Source: Candidatus Latescibacterota bacterium
GTDB taxonomy: Bacteria; Latescibacterota; UBA2968; UBA8231
Length of the DNA: 64,000 nt
Assembly: GCA_965223905.1 (NCBI GenBank)
Contig: CBDCXV010000011.1
Span: 1,152,001 to 1,216,000, forward strand
Direction: 5' to 3'
Below, in pieces: positions 40,891-50,904 of the stretch (positions are counted from its first letter, which is position 1; every line of letters begins with the position of its first letter). Under the pieces are notes generated by a model. The model did no database searches, was not told the DNA's origin, and saw nothing but the letters and a program-made list of their open reading frames with translations. The position numbers were made by a program, and so were the translations under genes.

Positions 40891-41679
40891 CTACTTGCCC
40901 GATCCTGCCTCCGGGTTGTCGGTGTTTTCCCGGGATACAGGCGCTGCTGTCGTCCTTGCCTCGCCCGATCCCGGATCTTCGCTGTTTACCGAAAAGGCGC
41001 TGTGGGAGTATATCTGCTGCTGATCGACTGAAGTTGTTTCCTTGGGAGTCCCCTTTTCCTCAAGCTGGCGTTTGAGCTGCTTGTTTTCCTGGAGCAGCTC
41101 GGCGATCCTTTCCTCGGCAACGCGCAGTTCATCCTCGGTCTTGCGCAGTTCGGCAACTTCTTCCTCGGCTTTGCTCAGTTTTTTCCCGGTCTCGCGCAGC
41201 TTGTCGCGGAGCTGCTGAATCTCCTGCGGGGACTCGATTTCGACGGGAAGCGACGGAGTGCCTTCGCCGTCAGTGACTTCCTCCTGCTGCACGGATGAGG
41301 CTTTCCCTTCAGCCACATCGGGTTCGACCTCCCTGGCCGGCTCCTTGCGTTTCGAACGGGCAGGTTGCCAGGCCTTCAAAGCCTGATCCACCGAGTTAAA
41401 TTTCCCAATTTGGGATATTTCATCATACTGCTCTGAGAGCTTCATCCATCGATGGGCCGTGCTCGTGGGGATGCCGGCGGACTTCAGCCATTCCCCCCAC
41501 TTTCCATGCGGCAGCTCTTTTTTGACCTCGCACAACGCCCGGCCGCATTCCCAGACTTCCTTAATGGTGTTCCTGAAAAATCGATTGGCAGATTTCCAAT
41601 GCTCGATTGCCCGACTCTGAGCATCGCTCAGGTCGGAGTTTTCTGCTTTCGTCTCCATTTTTCCCGATTCCTGTTCCAT
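40891..41679 (-). CDS. DUF3102-domain protein with coiled coil
   Basis: GRALCEVKKELPHGKWGEWL...TAHRWMKL. Confidence 0.8.
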   Translation of the reverse strand: MEQESGKMETKAENSDLSDAQSRAIEHWKSANRFFRNTIKEVWECGRALCEVKKELPHGKWGEWLKSAGIPTSTAHRWMKLSEQYDEISQIGKFNSVDQALKAWQPARSKRKEPAREVEPDVAEGKASSVQQEEVTDGEGTPSLPVEIESPQEIQQLRDKLRETGKKLSKAEEEVAELRKTEDELRVAEERIAELLQENKQLKRQLEEKGTPKETTSVDQQQIYSHSAFSVNSEDPGSGEARTTAAPVSRENTDNPEAGSGK

Positions 41680-42586
41680 TGATATTCAACCTTTATTTGA
41701 GTGGAATCCTGTTCAGAGTTGCATACCTTGTGTGCCGGATGCCGCATTGCCGGGACGCAAATGCCCATAAGGTATTGTTTTAATAATTAGTTACTTCATT
41801 TCCTCATCGATTCGTTATTCGTCTTTCGGTGTCCTCCTTCCTCCTGCATATGAGTTCTCGCGGTACCCTGATTCCATCAGGTAATTCTTGGGGATCTCCC
41901 CGTAAGCCCTTCTTCCACAAGCATATAGCGCCTGCTTCCATCGTCCAAGCCTGAATATGGCTGGGTTGGATGTCCATGTCAAATCGGGCTGCTGAGGGAG
42001 TGGGCAGGTGGGAACTCGGGAATTCCTGCCCCCCTCTCAACTTCCTGTTCAGAGTAACCTGTGTGCGGAAATGGCTGATTTTCGTGATACGAAGGCTGTA
42101 AGGCGCTATTTTACAACAGGTTATCCGTTTTTCGTCTCTTCGCCTCGTGTCTCCCTTCCTGGCCCGACTTCCACGCCAAATCGGCTTCTGAACGGTCGTG
42201 TTTCACGGGCAAAGGCGCTGCTTTCGTCCTTCCACCTGCCCGATTCTCGATTTCCGCCGTTCAGGGCACTTGCGTCGTACACGACCCGACTTTCCTGGCC
42301 CCGAGCAGCCGAGGCGACACTGCACGGGTGAGCCGGCACTCGACGCCCCGGCGTCGGCATTTTCGTACGGGATCGATCCGACCTGGTTTTTCGGCAAGGG
42401 TCACGCGATACTGCATGGCTGAACCGGGCCACGACCCTTCCGGTGTCCTGGCTGATACTCGGGAGCCGATCACCGATCCACCGAGGGCAAGAGGTTGTTG
42501 ACTTGTGGCAGGAGGGGAGGTTAACTTTCAGAAAAGATGCCCAATTGGGCACTATCGTCGGCGGTCACCGACCGGAGTGGAATCAA

Positions 42587-43027
42587 TCAGACAATCCCGA
42601 GCTCCTTCATGGACACGCTTCCGCCAGGAGGGGCAACGATTACATGATCCATAACGTCGATTCCTACGAGATGCCCCGCATCGCGCAAGCGGTGCGTCAG
42701 ACTGATATCCTCTTTCGACGGCGCAGGATCGCCGGAGGGGTGATTGTGGGCCAGCACGATGCCATCGGCACCCTTGAGAATCGCGGCCTTGAACACTTCC
42801 CGAGGGTGCACGAGGGACGCAGTCTGACTGCCGATGGAGGTGATTTCGTGGGCGATGACGCGGTTCCGGGTGTCGAGGTGGAGGACAACGAAAACCTCCC
42901 TGTCCGAATTCCGGAAATCATCCAAGCTGTCCAGGTAAGTAATAACGTCGCCGGGGCCGACAAGGGCCTCGCTGCACACGTCTTGCCATATCTGCTTCAC
43001 GGTTCGTTCTACGACTTCGAGTTTCAT
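42587..43027 (-). CDS. RadC-like JAB-domain protein (JAB domain only)
   Basis: REVF..LHLD, VHPREVFK, AHNHPSGDPAPSKED, MDHVIV. Confidence 0.93.
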   Translation of the reverse strand: MKLEVVERTVKQIWQDVCSEALVGPGDVITYLDSLDDFRNSDREVFVVLHLDTRNRVIAHEITSIGSQTASLVHPREVFKAAILKGADGIVLAHNHPSGDPAPSKEDISLTHRLRDAGHLVGIDVMDHVIVAPPGGSVSMKELGIV

Positions 43028-43059
43028 ACGAGGGTCCTTTCTTGAAAGGAAAGAGGAAA

Positions 43060-43677
43060 ATGACAAACCTCCTGCAACCGGATGAGGCATTGGCCGTCAT
43101 CATCGGAGACGCGCCGCTGACCCGGACGGAGGTAGTCAAGAAACTGTGGGGTTATATCAGGGAGAACGGATTACAGGACGCGAAGAATCCGCACTATATC
43201 AATGCCGACGACAATCTCAGGAAGGTGTTTGGCGGCAAGGAGCAGGTGACCCTGTTGGAGTTGACCAGGCTGGTCAACAAACACCTGTTCGTCGGCGCTG
43301 AAGGCGAAGCGGTAACGGACGAGGAGCTTGAGAGGGAGTTCGAGGAACAGGTGCTGGCGGGGTCTTACGAGACGCTGGGATGCTCGCCGGAGATCTCCGA
43401 CGCGGAACTGAAACAGAAATACCGGGAATTATCTCGGGAATATCACCCGGACAGGCTGGTAGGCGAGGAGATTCCCGCAAGTATCGTCAAGCTCGCGAAG
43501 GAACGGAACACGAGCTCGCGAACTTCCCCTCCGTGCTTCTGGCGGTGTGCGGTGGCTTCCGGAAGGGTTTCGAACCGGTCAACCTTGCCTTCCTTCACTA
43601 CTACCCAGCGACGGATAACCCATCGGGGTAGGTCTACTTCGTCGGGCATTTTTTGTCCTCACTCTTTTCGACGATAA
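43060..43677 (+). CDS. SWIB/MDM2 domain fused to a truncated DnaJ J-domain
   Basis: RTEVVKKLWGYIRENGLQD...INADDNL (SWIB); YETLG...YRELSREYHPD (J-domain); the sequence after ~43505 is unrelated. Confidence 0.75.
   Translation: MTNLLQPDEALAVIIGDAPLTRTEVVKKLWGYIRENGLQDAKNPHYINADDNLRKVFGGKEQVTLLELTRLVNKHLFVGAEGEAVTDEELEREFEEQVLAGSYETLGCSPEISDAELKQKYRELSREYHPDRLVGEEIPASIVKLAKERNTSSRTSPPCFWRCAVASGRVSNRSTLPSFTTTQRRITHRGRSTSSGIFCPHSFRR
43443..43649 (-). CDS. Small hypothetical protein, copy 1
   Basis: MPDEVDLPRWVIRRWVVVK, duplicated at 44171-44389 with the protein conserved. Confidence 0.6.
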   Translation of the reverse strand: MPDEVDLPRWVIRRWVVVKEGKVDRFETLPEATAHRQKHGGEVRELVFRSFASLTILAGISSPTSLSG

Positions 43678-43739
43678 GTGGAAAGTTATTGAAGACGACG
43701 CCCCCAGCACCGGGGAGTAGCAACCAGGAGCGCCGCCCA

Positions 43740-43997
43740 CTATACAGAGCCTTGTAGATCCTCGCATATCTCGCACAGTATCCGCTTCGCGGTCGCTTTC
43801 GCGTCCTGGTAGGAGATGCAAGAATCGTTGTGATAGAACAGAAGCGTAATCAGAAATTGATTAGGCGATATTTCATATGCACCCTTGGGGCCAGGGGCAA
43901 GCTCTACCTCAATTACCGCCCTGGTCGTGCACTTCCCAATCGGGATTGATGGGATTTCGGTTGTTCGACCGACGAAGACATTGGTTACTTTTGCCAT
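43740..43997 (-). CDS. Hypothetical protein
   Basis: AAAGGA RBS before MAKVTNVF. Confidence 0.5.
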   Translation of the reverse strand: MAKVTNVFVGRTTEIPSIPIGKCTTRAVIEVELAPGPKGAYEISPNQFLITLLFYHNDSCISYQDAKATAKRILCEICEDLQGSV

Positions 43998-44170
43998 GTT
44001 CCTTTCTTCCGGAGAATGCTCAAATGGAGTTTCTTTTTTGGGAACTATGTCAGGAATTTCACCCAAACAGGCTGGCAGGGGAGGAGATTCCCGCAGGTGT
44101 CATCAAGCTGGCGGAGGAAAAGTTTCAGGAGATTCAAAGTGCTTACGCAGCCGTTGGTGACATCCCGGCG

Positions 44171-44389
44171 CTAATCCCCGTCAGCCCTGATCCAGCCCTT
44201 GTTAGGCTGGTAGTTCTGAGGAATCGTTTTGACGCTTGACAAACGAAACTCCAACTCGCGTACTTCGCCGCCGCACTCCTGCTTGTGCGCGGTGGCCTCT
44301 GGCAGGGTCTCGAAGCGGTGCACCTTGCCGTCTTTCACTACAACCCAGCGACGGATTACCCAGCGGGGTAGGTCTACTTCGTCGGGCAT
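44171..44389 (-). CDS. Small hypothetical protein, copy 2
   Basis: Paralog of 43443-43649; coupled to the upstream SWIB gene. Confidence 0.6.
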   Translation of the reverse strand: MPDEVDLPRWVIRRWVVVKDGKVHRFETLPEATAHKQECGGEVRELEFRLSSVKTIPQNYQPNKGWIRADGD

Positions 44390-44634
44390 TAGACATTCCT
44401 TCCTGTTGGGGTTATGTGATTCTTCAGGACCTCGGTTAGCTCCTTCGCAGACACCTTGTCCCGATCCACCAGAGCGCGTAGAGTGGCATCTACGTTGATG
44501 TATGGAGGCTCGGCTTCCAGATTGTTTTCCTTGATATGATCGCCTACCAGTTCGATGATCTTTACCCAGGACAACGGGGTATCCCCGACAATGACAGCAA
44601 GCGCGGGAGAGGGTTGATGTAGTTCAGAAGTCAT
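44389..44634 (-). CDS. Stand-alone SWIB/MDM2-domain protein
   Basis: QPSPALAVIVGDTPL...HIKENNL...YINVDATL, similar to the SWIB domain at 43060. Confidence 0.75.
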   Translation of the reverse strand: MTSELHQPSPALAVIVGDTPLSWVKIIELVGDHIKENNLEAEPPYINVDATLRALVDRDKVSAKELTEVLKNHITPTGRNV

Positions 44635-44903
44635 CCTTTTTTCACCGCCAGTTCCCTGATCTCCTCCAGGGCGGTTTCCAGGTATGGATCTATGATGCCC
44701 TCGCTTTCTCCGAACATTTCCAACAGAGCGAAGGTGAGACAAATAGCCTGTGGTGCCGACACCGGTAGGGCTATCCCTCCCATCTCGGGGTGACTGAAGA
44801 AGATTGCAACGCAAGCTGGCTCTGTGTCCGCCATCAGGTGAACTTTCTCGAAGGAGATTTCTCGATAGACGGATTCGATCTTACTTCTCGTTTCGTCTTT
44901 CAT
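44631..44903 (-). CDS. Hypothetical protein
   Basis: AAAGGA RBS, stop overlaps the next start. Confidence 0.55.
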   Translation of the reverse strand: MKDETRSKIESVYREISFEKVHLMADTEPACVAIFFSHPEMGGIALPVSAPQAICLTFALLEMFGESEGIIDPYLETALEEIRELAVKKG

Positions 44904-44940
44904 TGGGTTCCTTTCTGGAAAAGAGAGGAGGAACAGTCAA

Positions 44941-45354
44941 ATGACTGTGCTTATCTGCCTGCTTTTGCTTGCCTCGGCTGCCTGGAGTATCGACCCTCCT
45001 GATTCGGTATGGGTAGAGAGCAGAGAAGATGGCTTTGTAACCCTTGCCTGGACCCTGGTCCCCGATGCGGGCGGGTATGAGGTTTACCGGGAAGTTGTTG
45101 TTACAACTGGAATAAATCAGAATGGAGAGGTAGTGCTCCTGGACGAACCTCTATTTGCTTTTGTGTTTTGGGGAACAGCGGAGCAGTCTGGCTTAGATCC
45201 AGTTCGGGTTAGGGTTGCGAAATTGGACAACGACCCTTCCCGGTGGGCTGTTTCGGCAGTGAAGGATGGAGAAGTATCAGAATGGACAGAGACGGCGGAT
45301 ATGCCGACTGCAATCCGCAAGCCAACCTGGGGAGAGGTGAAAGCGGGCAGGTAA
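44941..45354 (+). CDS. Secreted Fn3-like protein with C-terminal WGxxK motif
   Basis: Signal peptide, VTLAW...GYEVYR, ends PTAIRKPTWGEVKAGR. Confidence 0.75.
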   Translation: MTVLICLLLLASAAWSIDPPDSVWVESREDGFVTLAWTLVPDAGGYEVYREVVVTTGINQNGEVVLLDEPLFAFVFWGTAEQSGLDPVRVRVAKLDNDPSRWAVSAVKDGEVSEWTETADMPTAIRKPTWGEVKAGR

Positions 45355-45380
45355 TTGTCTAACCTTTAAGGAGAAGTGCT

Positions 45381-46022
45381 ATGATACTCGGAGTTTGTAT
45401 TCTGGTGATGATCCTTGGGTTTCCAGGGTTCCCGTCTGAACCTGATGAGGAGAATAGTCGATGGGCTTTAGGACTCAGCCTGCCGGGTATGCATTCCGTT
45501 AGCTTTTGGCGTATGGGAGCTGCTCGGGACTGGGGAGTAGGACTATCCGCTATCGACAGACGGAGAACCTACCTATACCCCGAATTCGAACAGAAACCCT
45601 ACCCCTCGTATGCAGGAGAAGAGCCGTTTCTACAAACGGACCAGGGGTTCTTTTTGCTCCCCCGTGGGGAGGAGTATCGCTCTATTTCAGCCAGTCTTAC
45701 GGTGCGGCAATACCTGAGACGGGCAGTCGGAGACATACGGCCCTATACCTATGCCCAAGGAGGAATATCGCAAAGGAGCGACCGCAGCCTGCGGGACGAC
45801 CCATCACCGGACCTTGGGTTCAACCTGGGACTCGGAATCGGTCTTCGATGGATGCCCTTTAAACAGGTCGGCCTAACGGCGGCAACCGGGCTCCGCTACT
45901 CCCGGAACAGATTGAATCAACAGGAATACCTTTCCTTTTTTGAACACACCATACTACAGGAATCCGAATACCGGACCGTGCACTTCGGAGGTACTCGGAT
46001 TAAGGCTTTCTTTGCTTTCTAA
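45381..46022 (+). CDS. Putative outer-membrane beta-barrel protein
   Basis: Signal peptide, alternating strands (IRPYTYAQGGI, FNLGLGIGLRW), C-terminal Phe. Confidence 0.6.
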   Translation: MILGVCILVMILGFPGFPSEPDEENSRWALGLSLPGMHSVSFWRMGAARDWGVGLSAIDRRRTYLYPEFEQKPYPSYAGEEPFLQTDQGFFLLPRGEEYRSISASLTVRQYLRRAVGDIRPYTYAQGGISQRSDRSLRDDPSPDLGFNLGLGIGLRWMPFKQVGLTAATGLRYSRNRLNQQEYLSFFEHTILQESEYRTVHFGGTRIKAFFAF

Positions 46023-46773
46023 ATCACCCCTCCTTTACCTTCTTTCCCTGGTGGCCTTGGCTGCATGTGGGGGCACGGGCGAACCTTTGGGGCCGTGTCG
46101 GAGCAAGGCACCTCTGTCATGCCCACCGGTTAACGTATTGCCTTACTATCCAGAAGGTAGAAGTGTGCTTGTGTGGGACAAAAACCGCAGGCACCGGTAC
46201 TCCAAGAATCCCATCACGGGAACAGCCAGTCGGATCTTTCCGGTTATCAATGCCCTCCGTGTATCCAACGGCGAGGAGATCGGGCCAGAGAATGTGGAGG
46301 AGGTAGCTCGAAAGATTCTAAGGGAAGTAGAGGAAATCAGTGGGGTCGATGAGACTCAGTTGAGACTTATTCGAGTGAGAAAGTCAAGGTTGTCCGGCTC
46401 ATGGAGCATATCCTTTGAGCAGGTATATCGTGGCTTCCTGGTATACGGTTCTGGATACGGGGTGGCGATTAATCGGCACAATAGGGTCCCCTCCATAGGG
46501 GGCGATGCGTATAACGTAGTTATGACGACAGACCTCGAAATGCAGCCGACCATAACCTCTTGCCAGGTAGAGAGGTGTCTATTGGGCAATAGCGGCGATG
46601 CTGAAATCATGGATAGTCCGTCTCTTGTGATCTATCCTGATGCGAAAGAAACCGGGATTAGCTACATAATGGGTTGGGCTGCTTCAGTGTATGATGGAGA
46701 TGATTCGCGCAGGGTAGTTGTGGATGCCTTCACCGGGAAAATCCTCTTTTCTGCAAGTCTGGTAAGATTCTAA
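46012..46773 (+). CDS. Lipoprotein with FTP/PepSY-like propeptide domains and no protease domain
   Basis: Lipobox LAAC; FEQVYRGFLVYG (FTP-like); VVVDAFTGKIL (PepSY-like); TTG start inferred. Confidence 0.6.
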   Translation: MLSKSPLLYLLSLVALAACGGTGEPLGPCRSKAPLSCPPVNVLPYYPEGRSVLVWDKNRRHRYSKNPITGTASRIFPVINALRVSNGEEIGPENVEEVARKILREVEEISGVDETQLRLIRVRKSRLSGSWSISFEQVYRGFLVYGSGYGVAINRHNRVPSIGGDAYNVVMTTDLEMQPTITSCQVERCLLGNSGDAEIMDSPSLVIYPDAKETGISYIMGWAASVYDGDDSRRVVVDAFTGKILFSASLVRF

Positions 46774-46971
46774 TCAGCTGGTCTTCTCCTACTTGCTATT
46801 TTCCCCATATTGATTCTGGTTTTTAACTCGCCAATAATGCGACCATTTTCTCGTATAGAGAAAGTCGTCTCTTAGCTTCTTCCCAGTCCATTGCTCCTAA
46901 GTCCATCGAGGATGTGCGGTCTCTGTAATCGTAGTCAAGTAAGTAAGTTGGCATAACAAGGAGGATCTCCT

Positions 46972-47178
46972 ATGGGTACTGTTCAGTTCGAAATCTTCAA
47001 AGGCGAAGATGGTAAGTACTGGTGGCGTCTGGTAGTTATTACCAGAGGTATCTATGCTCCTGCAAAGGATATCATCGCCACGTCCCACCAGGGCTTCGAT
47101 AGTCGCACCGCGTGCAAACGAGAAATAGAGAAAGTGATACAGGCGATATCTGATGGTCCTGATATTATAGAATCATAA
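46972..47178 (+). CDS. YegP/DUF1508 family protein
   Basis: FEIFKGEDGKYWWRL...IIATSHQGF..R..C...I. Confidence 0.8.
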   Translation: MGTVQFEIFKGEDGKYWWRLVVITRGIYAPAKDIIATSHQGFDSRTACKREIEKVIQAISDGPDIIES

Positions 47179-47208
47179 GAGTAGAAGTCAAATACGAGAG
47201 GATAATTA

Positions 47209-47805
47209 ATGACTAGCGAATACGTTGCAGAACTACGACTATCGGCTTGTCGATATTTAAGCATCCTTGAAGGTTTATTTGGGTCTCGTGATCCGAGATT
47301 TATTTTCGGAACAATCCGCAAGGCACTCAAGTCATCATTCGGTGATCGCCCGCGAATACATTTTCCGTGTAACTACTTTTTAACAGGTAGATGTATTGTC
47401 GATATAAATGTCACTGAACATCCTTGGGAACACTGTTGCATAGATCAAGGCAAATGGCAAGTTGCGCATGAATGTGTCCATCTTATTGACCCCGGAAAAG
47501 AGGGATCAGCAAATGTTCTGGAAGAGGGTCTGGCATCCTGGTTTCAAAATAATCAGGAATTCCATGATGACGCAGTTAATCGATACATCCATCGTAATCT
47601 TCAAGACCCTGAGAAGGATTATGAAACTGCAAGGCTGTTAGTTGTTCCTATCGCAACTGACATCACTCAGGCAGTGAAAGACATTAGAAGATCGGGAATG
47701 AGAATTCGAGACATAAAGCCGGATATTCTTGGCTCCTTTTTACCAAATATCGAAAAAGATACAATTAACGGCTTGTGCACCAAATGGCCTGATTTCATTT
47801 CCTGA
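47209..47805 (+). CDS. HExxH zinc-metallopeptidase-like protein
   Basis: QVAHECVHL followed by NVLEEGLA. Confidence 0.7.
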   Translation: MTSEYVAELRLSACRYLSILEGLFGSRDPRFIFGTIRKALKSSFGDRPRIHFPCNYFLTGRCIVDINVTEHPWEHCCIDQGKWQVAHECVHLIDPGKEGSANVLEEGLASWFQNNQEFHDDAVNRYIHRNLQDPEKDYETARLLVVPIATDITQAVKDIRRSGMRIRDIKPDILGSFLPNIEKDTINGLCTKWPDFIS

Positions 47806-47987
47806 GATACTGGGTCAGCGAAACTACCCCTTTTCTGGTATAATCCTTTTTTGAACACACCATACTACAGGGATCCGAATACCGGACCGTACACTTCGGA
47901 GGTAATCCGATTAAGGCTTTCTTTGCCTTCTGAGGATCGGTGAATCTGTTCGAATGGAACTATGAGACATCTGAAAGGAACAAGAGG

Positions 47988-48270
47988 ATGAACTTCTGGA
48001 TAGTAGGAGCGACATGGGAGGGTGTAGATATGGTTCCTGAGTTTGTAGAAAAGGGGATCTGAAAACTCGGGTGGGATTCTGCTGCAGAAGGCCCTAATAC
48101 CAGGGAATACTACGACTACGCTCCACAGATGCGTCCAGGTGATCGAATTGCGATAAAAAAGCCTTCTTTTAGGAGTAGGCCAAGGTAATATGCAGATTCG
48201 TCATATTGGAATCATCCAGCAACCATTTATCTGGAAGGATGACATAATCAACCTTAATTGTTTCTTATGG
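47988..48270 (+). pseudogene. Decayed gene resembling the N-terminal domain of McrB-like restriction proteins
   Basis: MNFWIVGATWEGVDMVPEFVEKGI*KLGW...QMRPGDRIAIKK with an in-frame TGA. Confidence 0.5.
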
Positions 48271-48297
48271 ATTAAAGCCTTATTGAGTAGGCGAGCG

Positions 48298-49002
48298 ATG
48301 GAAGTCCCCAAGGTATTTCTATGGATCGTAGTAGTATTGGCCTTTGCGTTGTATGGATGTCTGCCGCTTCCAGTGATCGAAACCACTTACCTCGAATCCC
48401 CACCCTCCTAATCGACACCTTCCAAACCCGAGGTAGAAGTTGATTCCGAAACTGGCCTTGTCGTAAGCGTTAGGGAGTCCGGAGGTTGGAAGGTGAAAAC
48501 CCGCCGAGACCCGCTTACCGGCGCGGTTAAATATTGGGAGTTGTCGTCTCCTGAGTTTCTCCCTGCCGAAATCATATTTGACGACTTTGGAGGGGACTAC
48601 AGGGACTTCACTTGGTACGAGGGATACATCACTATTTCCTGTACTCCTCCGAGTGCTGAAGTTAAAAACGATGGGCGACGTGTGTCTTTCAGTGCTTACC
48701 AGTCGGGACAAAGGTTTGGCAAATTCGCTTTTTCGGCTTTCAGGCCGATTGAATTTGCCTTGGGAACCGATAAAGGAACAGCCGATGGACCTGGCAACAT
48801 TCTTTTTAAATCACCGGATAACTCTTGGATCAACCCAGATCGGTTGCTGTCCGTAATGGTTGAAACCAAAACATCGGCAAAATGGAGCGCCAAGATGGGG
48901 TACCGTATGCGTCTGACGAACCAGGATCTTGTCCAGGTCCGCAAGTTCAAGAACAGCTATTGCTCGTCTTCCGATAGCCAGTTGACACCTGATGCCCCGT
49001 AG
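48298..49002 (+). pseudogene. Lipoprotein gene with an in-frame stop
   Basis: Lipobox ALYGC; TAA at 48409-48411; same frame continues as ORF 48493-49002. Confidence 0.55.
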
Positions 49003-49413
49003 GTAAGTTGTATATAAAGCGAACAAGTCCTATTCCCAGAACATATCGCAGCCAGTGTTTCTTGAGACGGCTTCGATTTCTTTCGTTCTTTCCATTAGAT
49101 AGTGGCAGAGGGAACCGAAAGGCGGGTCTTGACGAATCGGCAAAATGCCAGGAGTTCTCTTTCCGGCTCAAGGGACTACGCTCGTGGGGCATAGTTCAAC
49201 AGACGGACAAGAGGCTTCAGCCAATTGCCTGCCAATCTACTCGATCCCCCCTGCCAAAAACTGTCCGTCATCGTCGGATGTTCTCTTTTCCTCTTCGGGG
49301 TCTTCCTTCTCGCTGCACGGGATGCATATGTGCTCGTCGGGGGTGGGCATATAGAACAGGTGATATGGCCTGATTTCCTGGCCGCATACGCAGCAGACCG
49401 TCTTGAAAACCAT

Positions 49414-49863
49414 TTACTGCCTCGTGTCCCGGATTCTGCCCTCCTCGTCCACGAAGATCCGGAATGGCGAGGCCACCATTCTACGACAGGACTTGGTAAG
49501 GGCATGCACGCACTCGATGCAGATATCGAACTTCCTCCAATCCGTCATGCTGGCCGTTCCGACCTTGAGCTGCCCCCGCAAGTCGTCTTCGGAGGCGACC
49601 CCGTTGCAGATATCACAGATTGTGGTTCCCATTTTCGTTCTCCTTTCTCGGTGGATTTGATGCTTTGTAGGACAGGCGTAAGCCATTTTCCTGGTGATGG
49701 ATGATCGCCCCATGAGGCAGAGATACCTTTCCGGCATCGTTCGCTTCCCCTTCTCCCACAGGCACACTTCGGCTTCACTGACACCAAGGGCGATGCCCAG
49801 CTCCCACTGCTTCATGCCCAAGGCGTCTCTCGCCCTTTTCAGCTGATCTTGCGTCATCTTCAT
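49414..49863 (-). pseudogene. XRE HTH regulator, frameshifted into the downstream CxxC ORF
   Basis: Identical to the 51813 protein until LMG, then a one-base deletion (ATGGGGCGATC vs ATGGGGGCGATC). Confidence 0.75.
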
Positions 49864-49885
49864 TCTCCATTTCGAGGGGGTGATT

Positions 49886-49976
49886 TGTCGGTGGTCACCG
49901 ACAGAAGGACACAGAACGGCCCTGAACCGGCCTGACGGGGCCGGGTGTTGACAGGTATTCGGGTTCCCGTTAGAAT
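49886..49976 (+). promoter_or_regulatory. Palindromic operator plus consensus sigma70 promoter
   Basis: TGTCGGTGGTCACCGACA 49886-49903; TTGACA 49948-49953, 17-bp spacer, TAGAAT 49971-49976. Confidence 0.75.
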
Positions 49977-50081
49977 CGAAAACTGAGGTTCGAACGGTAG
50001 CGGATTCAGCGAGCGGGTCGCGGGAACTGCCTCTGCTTCACTTCATTGCAATGAGCATGGACCCGAGGGAGCGGAAGACCC

Positions 50082-50426
50082 TTGAGATGGCCTTTTCGCC
50101 GACGGCTCCACAAATGGATCGACGAAAGAAACCTTCGGGATGATCCAGACAAAGAGACATTGATTGGCATTTCAATGTCTATTCGCGAGAACCGTCGTGG
50201 AGAGCATGAAGACCCTGTACATGTGACCTTTTATTTTGCAACTCCAGGGTCTTACGATGGCGTCAAGAAAGCTATAAGTGAGAGCGGCGATCCTATCCCG
50301 GTGAGGGACGTAGATATTCAAATGAACCTGTCTGAATTCTTCTCTCTCTTCAAGAGATTCCAGGTAAAAATCTCTACCCGTGGAATTCTTGAAGGACGCG
50401 AAATATCCCTTGCCGAACTCGGGTAG
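50082..50426 (+). CDS. Hypothetical protein (possibly 5'-truncated)
   Basis: Open frame downstream of the module A promoter. Confidence 0.45.
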   Translation: MRWPFRRRLHKWIDERNLRDDPDKETLIGISMSIRENRRGEHEDPVHVTFYFATPGSYDGVKKAISESGDPIPVRDVDIQMNLSEFFSLFKRFQVKISTRGILEGREISLAELG

Positions 50427-50658
50427 CATATCGTCAAATCTCATTGAAGGGGTGCTCCGGTAGGTTCCGGATTGTATTCAGCCCTTTCCCTGGGCATTAG
50501 GCGCAATTCATCGGGATCTAATGAAGATCCAGGAGGATACTCCGGAAGCATCAAGACCCTGAATTGAAGGATCTGGACGAGTACGGCAAGGATCTTATCA
50601 GAAAGGGACTTCTACATCCAGAGGTAGAGAAGTATAATCTCAGAGGAGAACTTTTCCC

Positions 50659-50904
50659 CTATCCGTAGGGCCTGCCTTTTATACTACTCAGTTGCAGGGC
50701 TGCTCCGTTTTGCATGTTCACTGGGAGTGCAAGTAATCCCGTGTAATCCGAGGGACTTTTCCCCTCTATATACTGCCTGAACAAATCCGAAGACTGGGCA
50801 TCGAGTAAGCCGACTGACTGAGTAAGAGCATCTTCAAGTACGGCAATTCTACCATGAAGGAACTCGATATGATCCTTCAGTTGGTCTTGTTTGGGTTTCA
50901 TTTT
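50659..50904 (-). CDS. Hypothetical protein
   Basis: AAGGAG RBS before MKPKQDQL. Confidence 0.5.
   Translation of the reverse strand, partial: KMKPKQDQLKDHIEFLHGRIAVLEDALTQSVGLLDAQSSDLFRQYIEGKSPSDYTGLLALPVNMQNGAALQLSSIKGRPYG

Larger units (their letters stand above)
49101..50030. repeat. XRE/operator/promoter module, copy A
   Basis: Direct repeat of 51287-51990; copy A has an extra ~250-bp Cys-rich ORF segment. Confidence 0.9.

Noticed and set aside
41760-41796. dif-like site (AATGCCCATAA-GGTATT-...)
   Set aside because: Only the XerC-like arm resembles the consensus; the XerD arm does not.
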